Shown one piece after another: positions 38,999 through 52,690 of a stretch of DNA of 64,000 nucleotides; position 1 is the first letter of the stretch; each line of letters begins with the position of its first letter. The position numbers and the translations under genes were made by a program. Under the pieces are notes generated by a model. That model had not been told where the DNA came from and searched no databases. It saw nothing but the letters and a program-made list of their open reading frames with translations. This DNA is from Chiloscyllium plagiosum (taxonomy: Eukaryota). The stretch covers positions 85,318,923-85,382,922 of the forward strand of contig NC_057719.1 of NCBI RefSeq assembly GCF_004010195.1. The letters run 5' to 3'.

Positions 38999-40334
38999 CT
39001 ACAGAACATCAAAATGAAAAATGTGAAATCCACTCAAAAATAATAAGCCGCTGTGCCAGCATTGCCTGATTGCTGCACAGTGACAGCTTACTGCAAACAG
39101 AGTGACCAATTCTGAACCAGGACAGAGAAACAGAAAGAAGCCAACTGTTTTAATACCCTTCATGAGAGATTTCTAAATATCTGAATTTTCAGATCCTTAC
39201 ATAATGGTGTCACATGTAAATCTGTGAGCCCCAGCACTGATCAAACTCACAGCCACACCATTCCTCTACCCTGCATAGAGCAAAGCCTCACACACAACTT
39301 AATTTCTCACTGAAGTCCCCACTCCTCTATGATCCACTGGCCTTTGCTCCAGGTCTTCTCTTGGCTCTGCGCCCCTTCTGCTGTCCTCCCCAACACCTTA
39401 CAAGCAACCTCCCAATTCCCCAGTGGCTTTCCCTGCTCAGTGATCTCTGATTCAAATTGAGGTGAACCTTGGTGTCAGTGGTAAGCCAGGAGGTCAGATT
39501 CATCACTAGGCGGGATGGGTAGGTATTGATTCCACTAACATTTAGCTCAAGTAACTATTAAGCTCAAGTGAATCAGGACTTTCTGAAATCTCTGACTTTA
39601 AGATACATTGTCAGAAGGTTCTAGATGCAGGTTAATTGTCAATTGGAATTTACAATTTCCCAGAGTATTCCCTCTGAGTCAATTCCATCAGGATTTCCCA
39701 ATGTTCCCGATGTGTAACTGAAATCCAATTGGTGCTACAAATCTCTCCCCATTGGAAAATCTAGGCTGCTTCCTTGTATTGTCCCCACATCTTACTATCT
39801 GCCCCAGGCTGGCTTCGGATTGGCTCCAATATATGTCCAAATGATCCCCAAAGCCCCCTCAACCTCGCCATCATCGAGTGGCTCACTCTCCAATGTGGCT
39901 CACTCGCACATGAGTGATAAGGCGCCTGGACCCAACTGGTGTCCATTTTATCATGAAAACATAACGTTTTAATCTTGCTATCAAAGATGAGAATTAAAAT
40001 TGCTGACACAGATTTGTGACTTGATTTTCTCTTGATAGCACAATGTATTTATATTCCTCAAAATTTCCCAGGCAAAGGGAAAGGCAGCTGGGCATACATT
40101 GATCCACAAGAAGGGACATCAGATCTGATCCCAACATCCTTTTGCCCTCTGTGAGCCTTCACTCAGGCAGGTACAGAAATGGATATGGAACAGCTAATTA
40201 AGTCCACACGTGATACTGCATTCTCACGTATACTGTCAGTGCATGGGTTGCACAGTTGTCTTGATCTCATCAGAATGCAGTTAGCAAGAGCTGAACTGAT
40301 ATAAGTTGGCAAGATTGTTGATGGCCTTAAAGTG

Positions 40335-40520
40335 GACTTAACAGCAATTTAGGTTTGTTCAATATATCGTTTCAGTTGCATGACACTGTAATCTTTTGCT
40401 ATAAACTCCGTGTCTTATGATTCTGCTTCTTAGCTACCTGATGAAGGAACAGCGCTCCGAAAGCTAGTGCTTCTAAATAAACCTGTTGGACTATAACCTG
40501 GTGTTGTGCAACTTTTAACA
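40335..40520 (+). mobile_element. Penelope pLTR fragment (family B) with a hammerhead core
   Basis: CTGATGA-aggaacagcgctcc-GAAAGCTA at 40438-40466, followed by the same arm sequence as the 23168 element. Confidence 0.7.
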
Positions 40521-41179
40521 ATAGCCTTAAAAAAAGACTTGTGCTGGCAGAATTCATTTTGTAAGGTATAAATCATTAATTTGAGAGATAATGTCTACCA
40601 TGTAAGATTCTTTTCAAGTGTTGCAGTTGTTAGGGAGGGAGTTCCAGGATTCTGACCCAATGATTGTAAAGGAACAGCAATATATTCCAAGTGTGCAGCT
40701 TGCAGGTGCTGGTGTTCCTACACTTCTTATCTATCATATTATTTTAATGCCATGAACTTTTTCTCAGAACAGGTCTCCACGCTTGGGTTTTTCCCCAAAG
40801 CATGGTTCCCAAAATTGAACACAACGCTTTAATTGTGGCTAAGCTTGAAATTCACAAGGTGGCTCAATGTTATCTATTGGCTTTTTACCAAGTATCATAT
40901 AGGGAAGACAGATTGGATGACCAGTAACAAAGAAAAAGCTTTAACAACTTGTTCTATTTTAAAAATGCGAACTTACCTGTGTTGTGAGAATTCAAGGAAA
41001 ATCTATTCTTGCTCACACTGAGAACATGTTGTAGCACAAACAGTACACCTATACTAATACAATCTGTCCTCGGCTAAATGCATGGATTTGTGGAGTTTGC
41101 AATGTGCACAATATTTTATAAATATAGACTACAAGATAAGTCAGGCTCTACATGTTCAGTCAAGATTTTGGAGAATTGA

Positions 41180-41740
41180 TTGTTTAAGAAGGCATGCTTG
41201 CCTTCATTGTTCAGACCTTTGAGTAGAGGAGTTGGGAAAACATGTTGAGGTTGAACAGGTTAAACAGGCCTCTTCTGGAGTACTGTTTCCAGTTCTGGTC
41301 ATCCTGTTATAGGAATGATATTATTAAGCTGGACAGAGTTCAAAAAAGGAATGCAAGGTTTGAGTTATAAGGAGAGCCTGGATAGGGTGGGAACTCTTTT
41401 CACTCGAGCGTAGGAGGTTGAGGGGTAACTTTATAGAGGGTTTTAAAATCATAAGAGGTATAGATATGGTGAATGGCAGGTGTCTTTTCCCTAGGATGGA
41501 TAATTTCAAGACTAGGGGGTATATTTTTAAGATGAGAGGAGGGGCAACTTTTCTTTTACACAAAGAGTGGCTCAGAGGAAGTGGTGGATGCAGGTACACT
41601 TACAACAGTTTAAAGACCTTTTGTTAAGAACATGAATAAGAAATGTTAGGAGGGACATAGGCCAAGCACAGGCAGGTGGGATTAGTTTAGTTTGGGATAT
41701 GGTTGGCATGGGAGAGTTTCTGTGCTGTTTGACTCTATAA
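41180..41740 (+). mobile_element. HER1/CR1 LINE 3' fragment, decayed
   Basis: ORF 41418 (RGNFIEGFKIIRGID...KTRGY); gactctat tail. Confidence 0.8.
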
Positions 41741-41917
41741 TTAACAGGATAGCTAGCCTGCAGACTAAACCATAAAGTTCAAAATTTGGCAAATGGTCAG
41801 CCTCACCCACGAGGCCATGGTCCATGTGGGCAAAGAATATGGGAAGGATGAATGATAAAAATGAGAAATGAGAGTTCCCAGATAACAAAACGTACTGATA
41901 AACAGGCACTATTTTAC

Positions 41918-42014
41918 CTTGCAGCCTCTGCTCTCTCTCCAGCAGTATTTGTTCTTTGACGAGCCTCTGCTGTTCCTCTAAATGTCTAGAGCCCTCTTCC
42001 CTTAGCCTGGCAAT
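41918..42014 (-). CDS. DNAJC17: DNAJC17 coding exon (approx. exon 6), IARLREEGSRHLEEQQRLVKEQILLEREQRLQ(G)
   Basis: 97 bp; ctcttgcag|ATTGCC...CAAG|gtaaaa; phase 0 to 1; contained in ORF 41682..42020. Confidence 0.93.
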
Positions 42015-42124
42015 CTGCAAGAGGACAAAGAGGTCTTCTGTTGGTTGGTAACCAAATGCAATGAGAATTTCTGTTCAGGAATTAATGAATAAAATCAATG
42101 AAAAAGCAATAGAAGCAGTGAAGA

Positions 42125-42478
42125 GCAGTACGGTGACTCAGTGATTACAGCATTACAGCAGCACGGACCTGGGTTCAATCCCACCCTCAGGTGACTGTGT
42201 GTGGAGTTTGCACATTCTCCCCATGTGAGCAAGGGTTTGCTCCGATTGCTCCGGTTTCCTCCCACAGTCTAAAGGTGTGCAGGTTAGGTGGATTGGCCTT
42301 GACAAATTGCCCATAGCGTCCATGGACATGCAGGCTAAGTCAGTTAGCCATGGAATTGCAGGACTACAAGGACAGAATAGGACAGGGGAGGTGGGTCTGG
42401 GTGAGATACTCTTCAGGGGGGGGTGGACCCGACAGACTGAAGGGCCTGCCTCTACCCTGCAGGAATTCAATGATTCTG
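42125..42478 (+). mobile_element. HE1-like V-SINE
   Basis: Head gcagtacggtgactcagtg...ggttcaatcc, V-core and gaagggcctg tail. Confidence 0.85.
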
Positions 42479-43635
42479 TGAAAAATGTAACGACTAGGAC
42501 AAAGTTCATGTCTGGCAAAATAAGTAAATGAAAGCAAATGCAAGACTGCTGTTTCATTTTCATATTAAACCATATTATATTGTTTCTGATACTTCTAAAT
42601 TTCTTCCTCTCTTTCTCATAAGGCTGCTCTGATTTCCTAATGGATAGTTTGATCTAAGCCGACAGATGCAAAACAAAATGTCATTCTTTGTTTTTGAATG
42701 TCGGTAAACATTTCAACCACAGGAGAATCATAAATGATACTGATCCTGTCTTCATTCAACAGCTACATTTCTTGCTCTCCCAGCAGAGGGGACAAACAGG
42801 AGCAGCAATGCTTTAAGTTCTTCTTAGCTGATGGGTGCTGAGGCCAACTACAAAACTTGTGACTAAGCTGCAAAACAGGAAGAGGCGTGTTAAACTCCCA
42901 ACCCCTCTCTCCACAGAACACTCTGAAACCTTGCCACACCCTATTTGAAATACTTTTTAAGATCCTTTGGTAATTTGACATGCCCCAGCAGCTCAATTGT
43001 AGCTTTGCAACATCGAATCCTCAGCCAAATTAGGGTTCAGTAACATCCGAACCATTGGAACGTACAGTATTGGGGCCACTTCTAACAGTGTCTCAGTGAG
43101 TGACAAAAAGCGCTTCAACGAGTGATAACAGAAGTTAGAGAGCCTATGTCTCCATAATAAACACTGCTAAAGGAGACACCAAAGCAAAGCTTTTCGTATT
43201 GCACTCCTCAGGACTAGGACATGTCACAACCCTTGATGGGAATGGTACACTAAATCATCACAAATGTATAAATGGCGCATTTAATCACTTACATTGCTGA
43301 TTGGCTTGATTTGACCATTATATAAAAATGTCTTACCAGGTTTCATCAATAAACAAAACACAATGAAGAAAACAACTGGTCAATTCTATAAAAACACAGT
43401 AGTACCTAATTTCCAGCTTTCAAATAAAAAACGTATGTAGTCCTTAAATGCCTTCCTTCTTAAAGGAGATGACTTTTAGTAACGTTTAAACCATAACTCA
43501 AACAAACCCAGATGCTGAGAAAGGCACATGATAAAACATAGGTCAGAGTAACAAACATCAGTCTGGAGGACAATATCTCCTCCCTCATTTCTCAAGAATA
43601 AGAGAATTACCTGTACTTTACAAATACAGTACATT

Positions 43636-43815
43636 CTGGTTTAGTGGTGCTGGAAGAGCACAGCAGTTCAGGCTCTCTGCCTGTATTCCTGATGAAGGGC
43701 TTTTGCCCGAAATGTCGAATTTACTGCTCCTCAGATGCTGCCTGAACTGCTGTGCTCTTCCAACACCACTAATCCAGAATCTGGTTTCCAGCATCTGCAG
43801 TCATTGTTTTTACCT
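43636..43815 (+). mobile_element. Partially palindromic Penelope-derived mini-element with a hammerhead core
   Basis: attc-CTGATGA-a-gggc-tttt-gccc-GAAATGTC-gaat at 43685-43720; inverted arms about 43633-43673 and 43740-43780; 14-bp direct repeats aaatacagtacatt (43622-43635 and 43816-43829). Confidence 0.82.
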
Positions 43816-44119
43816 AAATACAGTACATTGTCAGTTCCAAGCATTTGAGTAACTGCTACACTGTGCAAAAGTCTTTGATGTATTGTCTCTCAATAGTATC
43901 ACTTTCAGGTTAATCCATTAACAATTAACTTTGTCCAAAACAGGCTTCAGAGATCACAAGGTTTAAGGAATTAAAGCCTTGAGACCAACTTCTGATTGTG
44001 TCATTAAGGAAATGAAAAAAAAGGATAGATCTAATATATACACCAATATACAATGTTCTACTAATTGGGGTTATATAGCAGCAGTGACGAGACCTCAGCG
44101 AAAGCCATTTATGAACACA

Positions 44120-44830
44120 CAAATTAGGAGCAGATATAGGGCCATTCAGCCCTTCAGCCCTTCAACTCTGCTCCACTGTTTATGTTCAAAATTCCATGTT
44201 GGGTAACCTTTGATTGGCTTACACAACAATAAATCATCTACTTGACCTTAAAAATATTTAATGATCCCACATCCAATGCCTTCTGAGGCAGAGAGTTCCA
44301 AGGTCACACAACCTTCTGAGAGAATAAAAAAAATCCCCTCATCTCTGTCCTAAAAGGCTGACCCCTAATTTTAAATCACTCTTCCAGTGGTTCTGCCTCA
44401 CCTAAAAGAAGAAACATCATTTCCACATACAACTTGTCAAGACAGTTAAGAATCTTACAGACTTCAGACCTTATGCTTTGACACTCCAGAAAAAGAAAGA
44501 CCATACTGTACCATCTAGGCAAACCGGTTACTCCAAGTATTAGTGTCATAATCCTCCTCCAAATTGTCCATAATATATTCATATTCTTCCTTAAATAAGG
44601 TGACCAAAACTGCACAAATTATCTAAGATGCAGTCTCATCAATGCCCTGTATAAATTGAAGCATAACTTGTTACTTCTATGTTCAATTCCTCCCATAATA
44701 AAGGATAGCATCCCGTTCGCCTTCTAGTTAAGGTTTTCTAGCTGGGGATTAACTTAATTCTCTGGAACATCTTAATTTGTCTGCACCTCAGAATTCTGCA
44801 GCGATTTTCCACTTAAATAGTGCTCTATGT
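44120..44830 (-). mobile_element. Degenerate CR1-type LINE 3' fragment
   Basis: ORF 44376 (QFWSPYLRK...KILNCLDKL); ttaggagcagatataggccattcagccc tail. Confidence 0.75.
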
Positions 44831-46639
44831 TTTTTTCCTACATTAAAAAGGGCCAGTTCGCTCATCAAGCCTGCATCTATCACTTTCATCCAAACAAGCT
44901 GAAAAAAAAGAGACAATTGCAAAGGCTGAGTCTGGGACCCCTGACCTTTTTTCATTTTCTTTCCTTGTCAATAGCAATTGGAAAATAATTTATAACACCA
45001 AAAAAGCAAAATGACTGGGTAAAAACAGAATATTGGTTAGCACAAAGGGAACATCCACTGTCCTTCTTGAATCCTCAACTGAACAGGTTGATCCAACATG
45101 TCAGCTAAAGAGTTACATCTTTGACAACGTAGAACTCCCTGACACCACATTTCAGAGACTGTATGTAATACTTCATTGAATTTAAGGGCCATTCAGCAAA
45201 TGTACATGAGGCTTCTCCCAGAATACTTCATCACACTTCATCAGCAAAGGCTACTATCCCTTAACATTTTATCCAACTTCCCATTAAATGTATCCAATGA
45301 AATCAGCTCACCTATTCACTGTAGTAGCAAATTCCACATTCTAAGCTCTTTCTGAATGAATAAGCATCTCCTGAATTCATTATTGACTTTCTTTGGCTGA
45401 ACTTTCCCACAGTTGGAAACATTTTCTCAATACCATATCCACAAACATTCACTCCTTCCACCACCAATGCTCAGTTGCAGCAGTGTCTACTGTCCACAAG
45501 ATGCATTGCAGAAGCTCTTCCAAGCTCCTAAGACAGCACCTTCCAAATCCAAAAACACTACCACAAAGGCAGCAAATTATATGGGTACATCAGCAAATAT
45601 CTTCATAACTTTCAGACCTCTATAAGACTATCATCCAAGTTTTCTCTTTTATGTAGAATTCAGCCATAGACCGTTCATCCTTTTCAGATATCACTATTCT
45701 TTGTGAATATTTTTGTATTATATAGTGACTTTACCCTTTTTAAAATGCAGAAAACTGAACCTTGCATCCATTCTAACTGTGCTTTTGAACAAGGTTCAGT
45801 AGGAGTTTAACATAACTCTGTTTTACAATTTTATTCTGAGAATTTGATGTTATATTTTCCTCCCCACTTCTTATAATTTGTGTTTTCTTGGGTTCAATTC
45901 ATAGAGACCAAGACACAGCCACATTCTGAAACTGAATAGGACATTCAATAATTGAGCAGAGTTAAGTTGTTAAAATCTGAGCTCTTCTCCAATTCTGATC
46001 ACCTTCAAGGGTTCATTACAGTTCAGAAGTAAATTAAATCCACTATGAGTTAAAATCTCTACAAATGTAATTTTTAAGCCATGGCAACACAGAGGCTATC
46101 TGAGTAATAGACTGAAGACCACAAATGTGTTCTTGGATTACAAACTGGACTTTTCCTCACATGATTAATATCAGTGTCAAGCTGTCAGTCAACTCAAAGA
46201 GTTAGTAAAAGCAAAAAATGCTGTTACTTTTATTGAAACCAATCCTAAAAATCACAGTTCACCAAAAGCTGAGCAATCACAGAACTATCAACATCAGCAA
46301 TTAATTCAAACCCATTAAAGCAGAGAGATTAAATTTCCACCTTTCAATCTGTTTGCATCAACACTTTTATCCTTTATCCAACATGTCCAGTTCACGTAGC
46401 CAAGAAAATTACACTAGTTTGTTTCCTATAATTGACATGGCAATTTCCCAACTTGTAATTGCAAAGCAGCAGATACCAGCTTAAATCCTGGATAACTAAA
46501 AACATATCCAAGATAGAAAATCATTATCTTATCAGACAGCAATTCTGGAATGTGATGTGTCAGAAATATTTAGTGACAACTTGCCCTCAAAAAGCACCAT
46601 TAAGATGGTTCACAGAGACATAAGGAGAAACAAGGCACT

Positions 46640-47846
46640 TAGAGTCATAGAGATGTATGGCATGGAAACAGACCCTTCGGTCCAACCCGTCCATGCCGAC
46701 CAGATACCCTAACCCAATTTAGTCCCACCTGCCAGCACCCAACCCATATCCCTCCAAACCATTCCTATTCATATACCCATCCAAATGCCTCTTAAATGTT
46801 GCAATTGTACCAGCCTCCACCACATCTTCTGGCAGCTCATTCCATAGACGTACCATCCCCTGCGTGAAAACGTTGCCCCTTAGGTCTCTTTTATATCTTT
46901 CCCCTCTCACCCTAAACCTATGCCCTCTAATTCTGGACTCCCCGACCTCAGAGAAAAGACTTTGTCTATTTATCCTATGCATGCCCCTCATAATTTTGTA
47001 AACCTCTATAAGGTCACCCCTCAGCCTCTGACGCTCCAGGGAAAACAGCCCCAGCCTGTTCAGCCTCTCTCTGTAGCTCAGNNNNNNNNNNNNNNNNNNN
47101 NNNNNNNNNNNNNNNNNNNNNNNNNNNNNNNNNNNNNNNNNNNNNNNNNNNNNNNNNNNNNNNNNNNNNNNNNNNNNNNNNNNNNNNNNNNNNNNNNNNN
47201 NNNNNNNNNNNNNNNNNNNNNNNNNNNNNNNNNNNNNNNNNNNNNNNNNNNNNNNNNNNNNNNNNNNNNNNNNNNNNNNNNNNNNNNNNNNNNNNNNNNN
47301 NNNNNNNNNNNNNNNNNNNNNNNNNNNNNNNNNNNNNNNNNNNNNNNNNNNNNNNNNNNNNNNNNNNNNNNNNNNNNNNNNNNNNNNNNNNNNNNNNNNN
47401 NNNNNNNNNNNNNNNNNNNNNNNNNNNNNNNNNNNNNNNNNNNNNNNNNNNNNNNNNNNNNNNNNNNNNNNNNNNNNNNNNNNNNNNNNNNNNNNNNNNN
47501 NNNNNNNNNNNNNNNNNNNNNNNNNNNNNNNNNNNNNNNNNNNNNNNNNNNNNNNNNNNNNNNNNNNNNNNNNNNNNNNNNNNNNNNNNNNNNNNNNNNN
47601 NNNNNNNNNNNNNNNNNNNNNNNNNNNNNNNTCAAGTTTGTGAGACATGATTTCCCATGCACAAAGCCATGTTGACTATCCCTAATCAGTCCTTGCCTTT
47701 CCAAATACATGTACATCCTGTCCCTCAGGATTCCCTCCAACAACTTGTCCACCACCGAGGTCAGGCTCACCGGTCTATAGTTCCCTGGCTTGTCTTTACC
47801 ACCCTTCTTAAACAGTGGTACCAAGTTTGCCAACCTCCAGTCTTCC
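46640..47846 (-). mobile_element. Young HER1/CR1 LINE fragment spanning an assembly gap
   Basis: Uninterrupted RT peptides on both sides of the gap (WRLANLVPLFKKG...NYRPVSLTSVV...QHGF; LSYRERLNRLGLFSLE...). Confidence 0.93.
47082..47631. other. Assembly gap (550 N)
   Basis: Run of n. Confidence 1.
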
Positions 47847-49996
47847 AAAAGCAAACATGGGAAATTAGGAGAAAGAGGTGGAGAAGTTTAAGAAGAAATT
47901 CAGAGATTATGATTTAGGTGGCTGAAAGTACAGCTTACAATAGCAGTTTAAAAGTTTGAAGGCAGAGAAACAGTTTGATGTAGTGAGAGTTGTAGGGGTG
48001 GAAGCCATTATAAAATGAGGAGCAATTTTATGAAGGGATCTGAAAAGAACAAATGGGTGAGAAATTAAAATCTACAACTTATAGACTGGAAGAAAATTAA
48101 TGTAGGCGTGAGGAGCAGAGAGCCATTGTGCTGGATAAGGTTTTGTTTGATCCATTGCATCTGATGGAAAATGCTTTGGAGTAATCAAGTCTTGAGGTGA
48201 CAAAGGCATGAAACAGGTATTCAATAGTAGATAGTCTGTAATGGATGGCATTGAGGAAATAAAGGCAAGCAATTTTTATCATTGAGAGATGAGGAAATCA
48301 GAAGCTCAGCTCAGGTGTCAATAGGGACAGCCCAGAGATCATCACCATGGAGGGCTCGAGTTGATAGTGAATGCTCAGTGTTTGTAAATTGGGTATTAAG
48401 GCAATGGATAGAAAATTGGATGCATCCTGATAATACAGGGAATGAATGAGTTACAAGAGTGATGCAGTGATGTAAGTTTAAGTAACCAACATACATCGGA
48501 GTTCAAATGGTACCGCTAAAGGACAGTATTCACACAAAGGTAAAAAAGAATCTAAGGAGGGATTCCTGGTAGACCTGTGAAGTGAGAGAACAACTAAATA
48601 GGTGAGACATTTAAGAATAGGCTAGTTCGATGGTTTAAAGAGAGGAGAATACAAACAAACAGAAGCAAAGCAGGTGCATGAGATTGGAATAACTATCCTT
48701 ATGGAGGACAAATACGACATGGCCTGGTCAGACTCAATGGCCTGTTTCCAAATGTAATTTTATTAAGCACGGAACCAAGCAAAAGGTGCCCGACAGAAAT
48801 TTTAAAAAAGCATAGCAGTTGGAGAGGATGACTGGATCAACTACGTTGACAGCTGTAAAGAGGTGAAAGATGAGCTGCAACAGCATGGTTACAGAAAATG
48901 CCAAGGATATGGGCTATTCTTGATGACCACAGCTGAATGCACGCCTATCAGGTTTCATAGCCATGTCATCCACAGCAAATCTACCTTGTATCTCCAGAAA
49001 CGGATGTCTTACCTCTCAACACCTGGACTCAAATGTACGTTGCAGCACTCAAGATTAATTGACAGAACTTGCAATAAGTTTTTTTCTCCAGAATCAAATT
49101 TACTCAAGAATGAAAGTCATTTACTGGTTTTTGCAGAAGCAAAAGAGCATTTCTCTCCCTTGTGCTTGAAACCCAGCACACTAGCATCTGCCAATTTATT
49201 TTTTGGCATCATCACATTTAATCTGGGGTTACACAATGGGAGAACAGCCTGAAGTTAGTATTTTGTTTTAAACAAAAATAAACTTAATTTTATTTGACAT
49301 GGTGTTCCAGCAACATATTTTATTAGTTACAACCTTCCTGTATATGTTGTATGCATCGCCTGACCTGTAATTAGAGTTTACACTGCTTAAAACATTTGCA
49401 TTTGTGAAAGGCTCCAGTTTCACTTGATCGCAGCATTAGGTTCACCAGATCCACTTGGATGCTTTCTTGGAGGCTGAATCACATGACTCCATCTCCTACC
49501 ATCTCATCCCCACATTCCTATTGTTAATAACTCAAAAGTCCATCCTCATTGCGCACCACCTTCCTTCATTAACTAGAAAGCAAACAACCTTTTTCTATAA
49601 ACTGACCACTGATCTTTGACCAACAAAAAATTTTTCCACCTATCCTTGACTATTTTTAATGCTTCCATGATTCTTCTCTAGTTTGTTCACAGTGCCCAGC
49701 CCTGGGGAACCCAATGCTAAACACAGCCATTACTTGTTGTCTCCTAGTCAGAAGGCTTCAAAACTGACATGATGTACAGTCGACAAAGGCAATTCAGCAG
49801 TGCTCATTATGCTACCTCTTGGATTGGGTATTAAACCGAAACGGTGTTCAGGCGAGTGGAAAAGATCACTTGGCACCATCAACAGCCCCCAACACCCTCC
49901 CTCCAAACACTTCATCTTTGTTTTACAGACATTTCACAGTATTTAAATTGATAGCCACTACTGATAGCTCACAGAACTAAGAGGCACTTTAAAACT

Positions 49997-50332
49997 GGTG
50001 GCATGGTGGCTCGGTGGTTAGCACCGCTGCCTCGGTTCGATTCCAACTTCAGGCAACTGTCTCTGTGGAGTTTGCATATTCTCCCCTTGTCTGCGTGGGT
50101 TTCCTTCGGGTGCTCTGGTTTCCTCCCACATGCCACAGTCCAAACATGTGCAGGTTAGGCGAATTGGCCATGCTAAATTGCTCATCATGTTCAGGGATGT
50201 GTAGGTTAGGTGCATTAGTCAGGGTAAATGTAGAGTAAGAGGGTGAGGGAGTGGGTCTGGGTGGGCTACTCTTTGAAGGGTCGGTGTGGACTTGGGCCGA
50301 AGGGCCTGTTTCCACACTGTAGGGATTCAATG
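49997..50332 (+). mobile_element. HE1-like V-SINE
   Basis: ggtggcatggtggctcggtggttagcac head to gggcctgtttccacactgtagggattc tail. Confidence 0.88.
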
Positions 50333-50518
50333 AAAACCACATTATTGATTACGATGTGCTTGGGGAACTCCAGACCATAGAGTGTGCGATACACACTTAG
50401 TTACACTTTGTGTAGAGCATAGTAAAGCTTTGTAATAGCAACATATGTAAGGCAATGTATTGACTTTCAAAATGTTGCCTGGAACCTGAGCACGGCCAAC
50501 AGTTGAAGTCAACAGATG

Positions 50519-52690
50519 TGAAGCTGGAAAAGCACAGCAGGTCAGACAGCACCCGATAGATGGACGGACGCAGATAGGGGGTTATTGTGATTGGTCAGTG
50601 GGAGGGGTTGAAGTGGATAGGTGAGCAGAAAGATTGTCAGGTTAGAACAGGTCAGGGAGGAGAGGAAGAGGGAGAGGGCTGAACAATGGATAAGGCTGGG
50701 GCGGAGAGATTTTGAAGCTGGTGAATTCAATACTGGAGGCCATTGGGCTATAAACTCCTCAGGCAAAATATCAGGTGCGATTCCTCCAGTTTCCACTTGG
50801 ACTCGCTCTGTCAGTTGAGGTCGCTGAGGGTGGACATGTCGCTGGGGGAGTGGGAAGGGGAACTAAAATGGATGACAACCGGAAGGTCAGGTTGGTTAAT
50901 GCGTGCAGAGCGCAGACGCTCTGCGAAATGGTCCCAGAGTTTGCATTTGGTCTCTCCAATACAGAGGAGACCACATCGGGGTTGAAGGATGCATTAGAGG
51001 AGGTTGGATGAAATGCAGGTGAATCTCTGTTGGATCTGGAAGTATTATTTAGGGCCTTGGATGGAGGTGAATTGGGAGGTGTCGGGGCAGGTGTTGCACC
51101 TCTTGCGATGGCAGGGAAAGGTGCCGGGTGTGGTGAAGACATTGGTGGGGACTATAGAGTTGACGAGGAAGTCGTGGAGTGAATGGTCCTTGCGGAAAGT
51201 GGACATGGGTGGGGAAGGAAATATTATTTTGGTGGTAGAGTCTGACTATAGGTGACAGAAATGTCGGAGGATGATGCGTTGAGTTCGGAGTTTGGCGAGG
51301 TACTACATAAGGACTGAGGGGACTCTATCCTTATTGTTGTTGGGGTGAGGGAGTTTGAAGGCAGAAGTGTGGGAGATGGAGGAGATGCAGTTGAGGGCAT
51401 CCTTAATTACTGAGGAGGGAAAACTACACTCCCTAAAATAGGAGAATATCTGGGATGCCCTGAAATGGATTGCCTCATCCAGTGAGCAGATGCGGCAGAG
51501 GTAGAGGAATTCAGAGTATGGCATAGCATTTTTGCAGCAGGATGGTGCGAGGAGGTGTAGTTGAGGCAGTTGTGGGAGTCAGTGGGTTTGAAATGGACAT
51601 CAGTAATGAATCCCTTTCCAGAGATAGAGATGGAGAGGTCCAAAAGGGGAGGGAGGTGATAGAAATGGTCCAGGTCAATTTGAGGGTGGGGTGGAAGTTG
51701 TTGGCAAAGTTGATGAATTGCTCAAGCACTTCACAGGCGCACAAGGCAGCACTGATGCAGTCATCAATGTAGTAGAGGAAGAGTTGAGGGATGATGCCTG
51801 TGTAGTTGCGGCAGAGGGATTGTTTCACAAATCCTACAAAGAGGCCTGCACAGCTCCGGTTTGTAGAAAGTGGGAAAAATCAAAAGAAGAATTGTTGAGA
51901 ATGAGGAGCGGTTCTGCCAAGTGAATAAGAATGTTAGTGGAAGAAAACTAGTTGGGCCTATGGGAAAGGAAGTGGAGGGATTTTAGGCCCTCTGTGTGGA
52001 GGATGCAGTTGCAAAAGGCCTGTACAACCATGGTAAAGGTGAGATGTTGGTGAACAGGGAATTGACAGTTTTCGAAGAGGTAGAAGATATGGGTTGTGTC
52101 ACGAACGTAGGTAGGGAGTTCCTGACCAAAAAGAGAAAGCTTGGAGTCAAGGTAGGAGGACGTGAGCTCGATGGGGCAGGAGCAGGCAGAGGCAATGGGT
52201 CAACCAGGCAGTCAGGTTTATGGCTTTTGGGTAGGAGATAGTTCCCCAACCCCACATTGACCATTTCTATCAGGTTGGAGGCTGTAGATCGGCAGTCTCC
52301 CAAAGTCATGAGGTTGTTGATGGTCTGGGAGATGATGTTTTGGTGATGAGAGTAAGGTCATGATCGAGGGGACGTTAGGAGGAGGGGTCAGAGTTGACGT
52401 CTGGCTTCAGTGATGTAGAGGTCAGTTTGCAATACTACTACCGCACTTCCCTTTATTGGCGGGTTTAATAGTGAGGTTGTGTTTGGAGAGAAGGGTGCAG
52501 TTGGCTGCATGCTCCATTGGGGAGAGGTTGGAGTAAAATATCCAAGCGATTGATGTTGTGGGGACAGTTTGAGTTGAAGATGTTGAGGGAGGGTGGGACA
52601 CCAGGAGGGTGTGTCCAGGAGGAAGGGGTTTGCTGGACGCAGGAGATGGGGCCATTAGAGGGGAGGTTGGATTCCTGTTCAACCAAACGT
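50519..52690 (-). mobile_element. Penelope-like retroelement, decayed RT plus GIY-YIG
   Basis: Minus-strand peptides LTIKPANKG, YLLPKSHKPD, YIDDCI, FHPTLKLTW, HFKPTDSHNCLNYTSSH; collinear with 28226-30120. Confidence 0.9.

Noticed and set aside
46719..47854. Long ORFs of 251-309 aa
   Set aside because: Artefacts of reading through the N gap; the real parts are LINE RT fragments.
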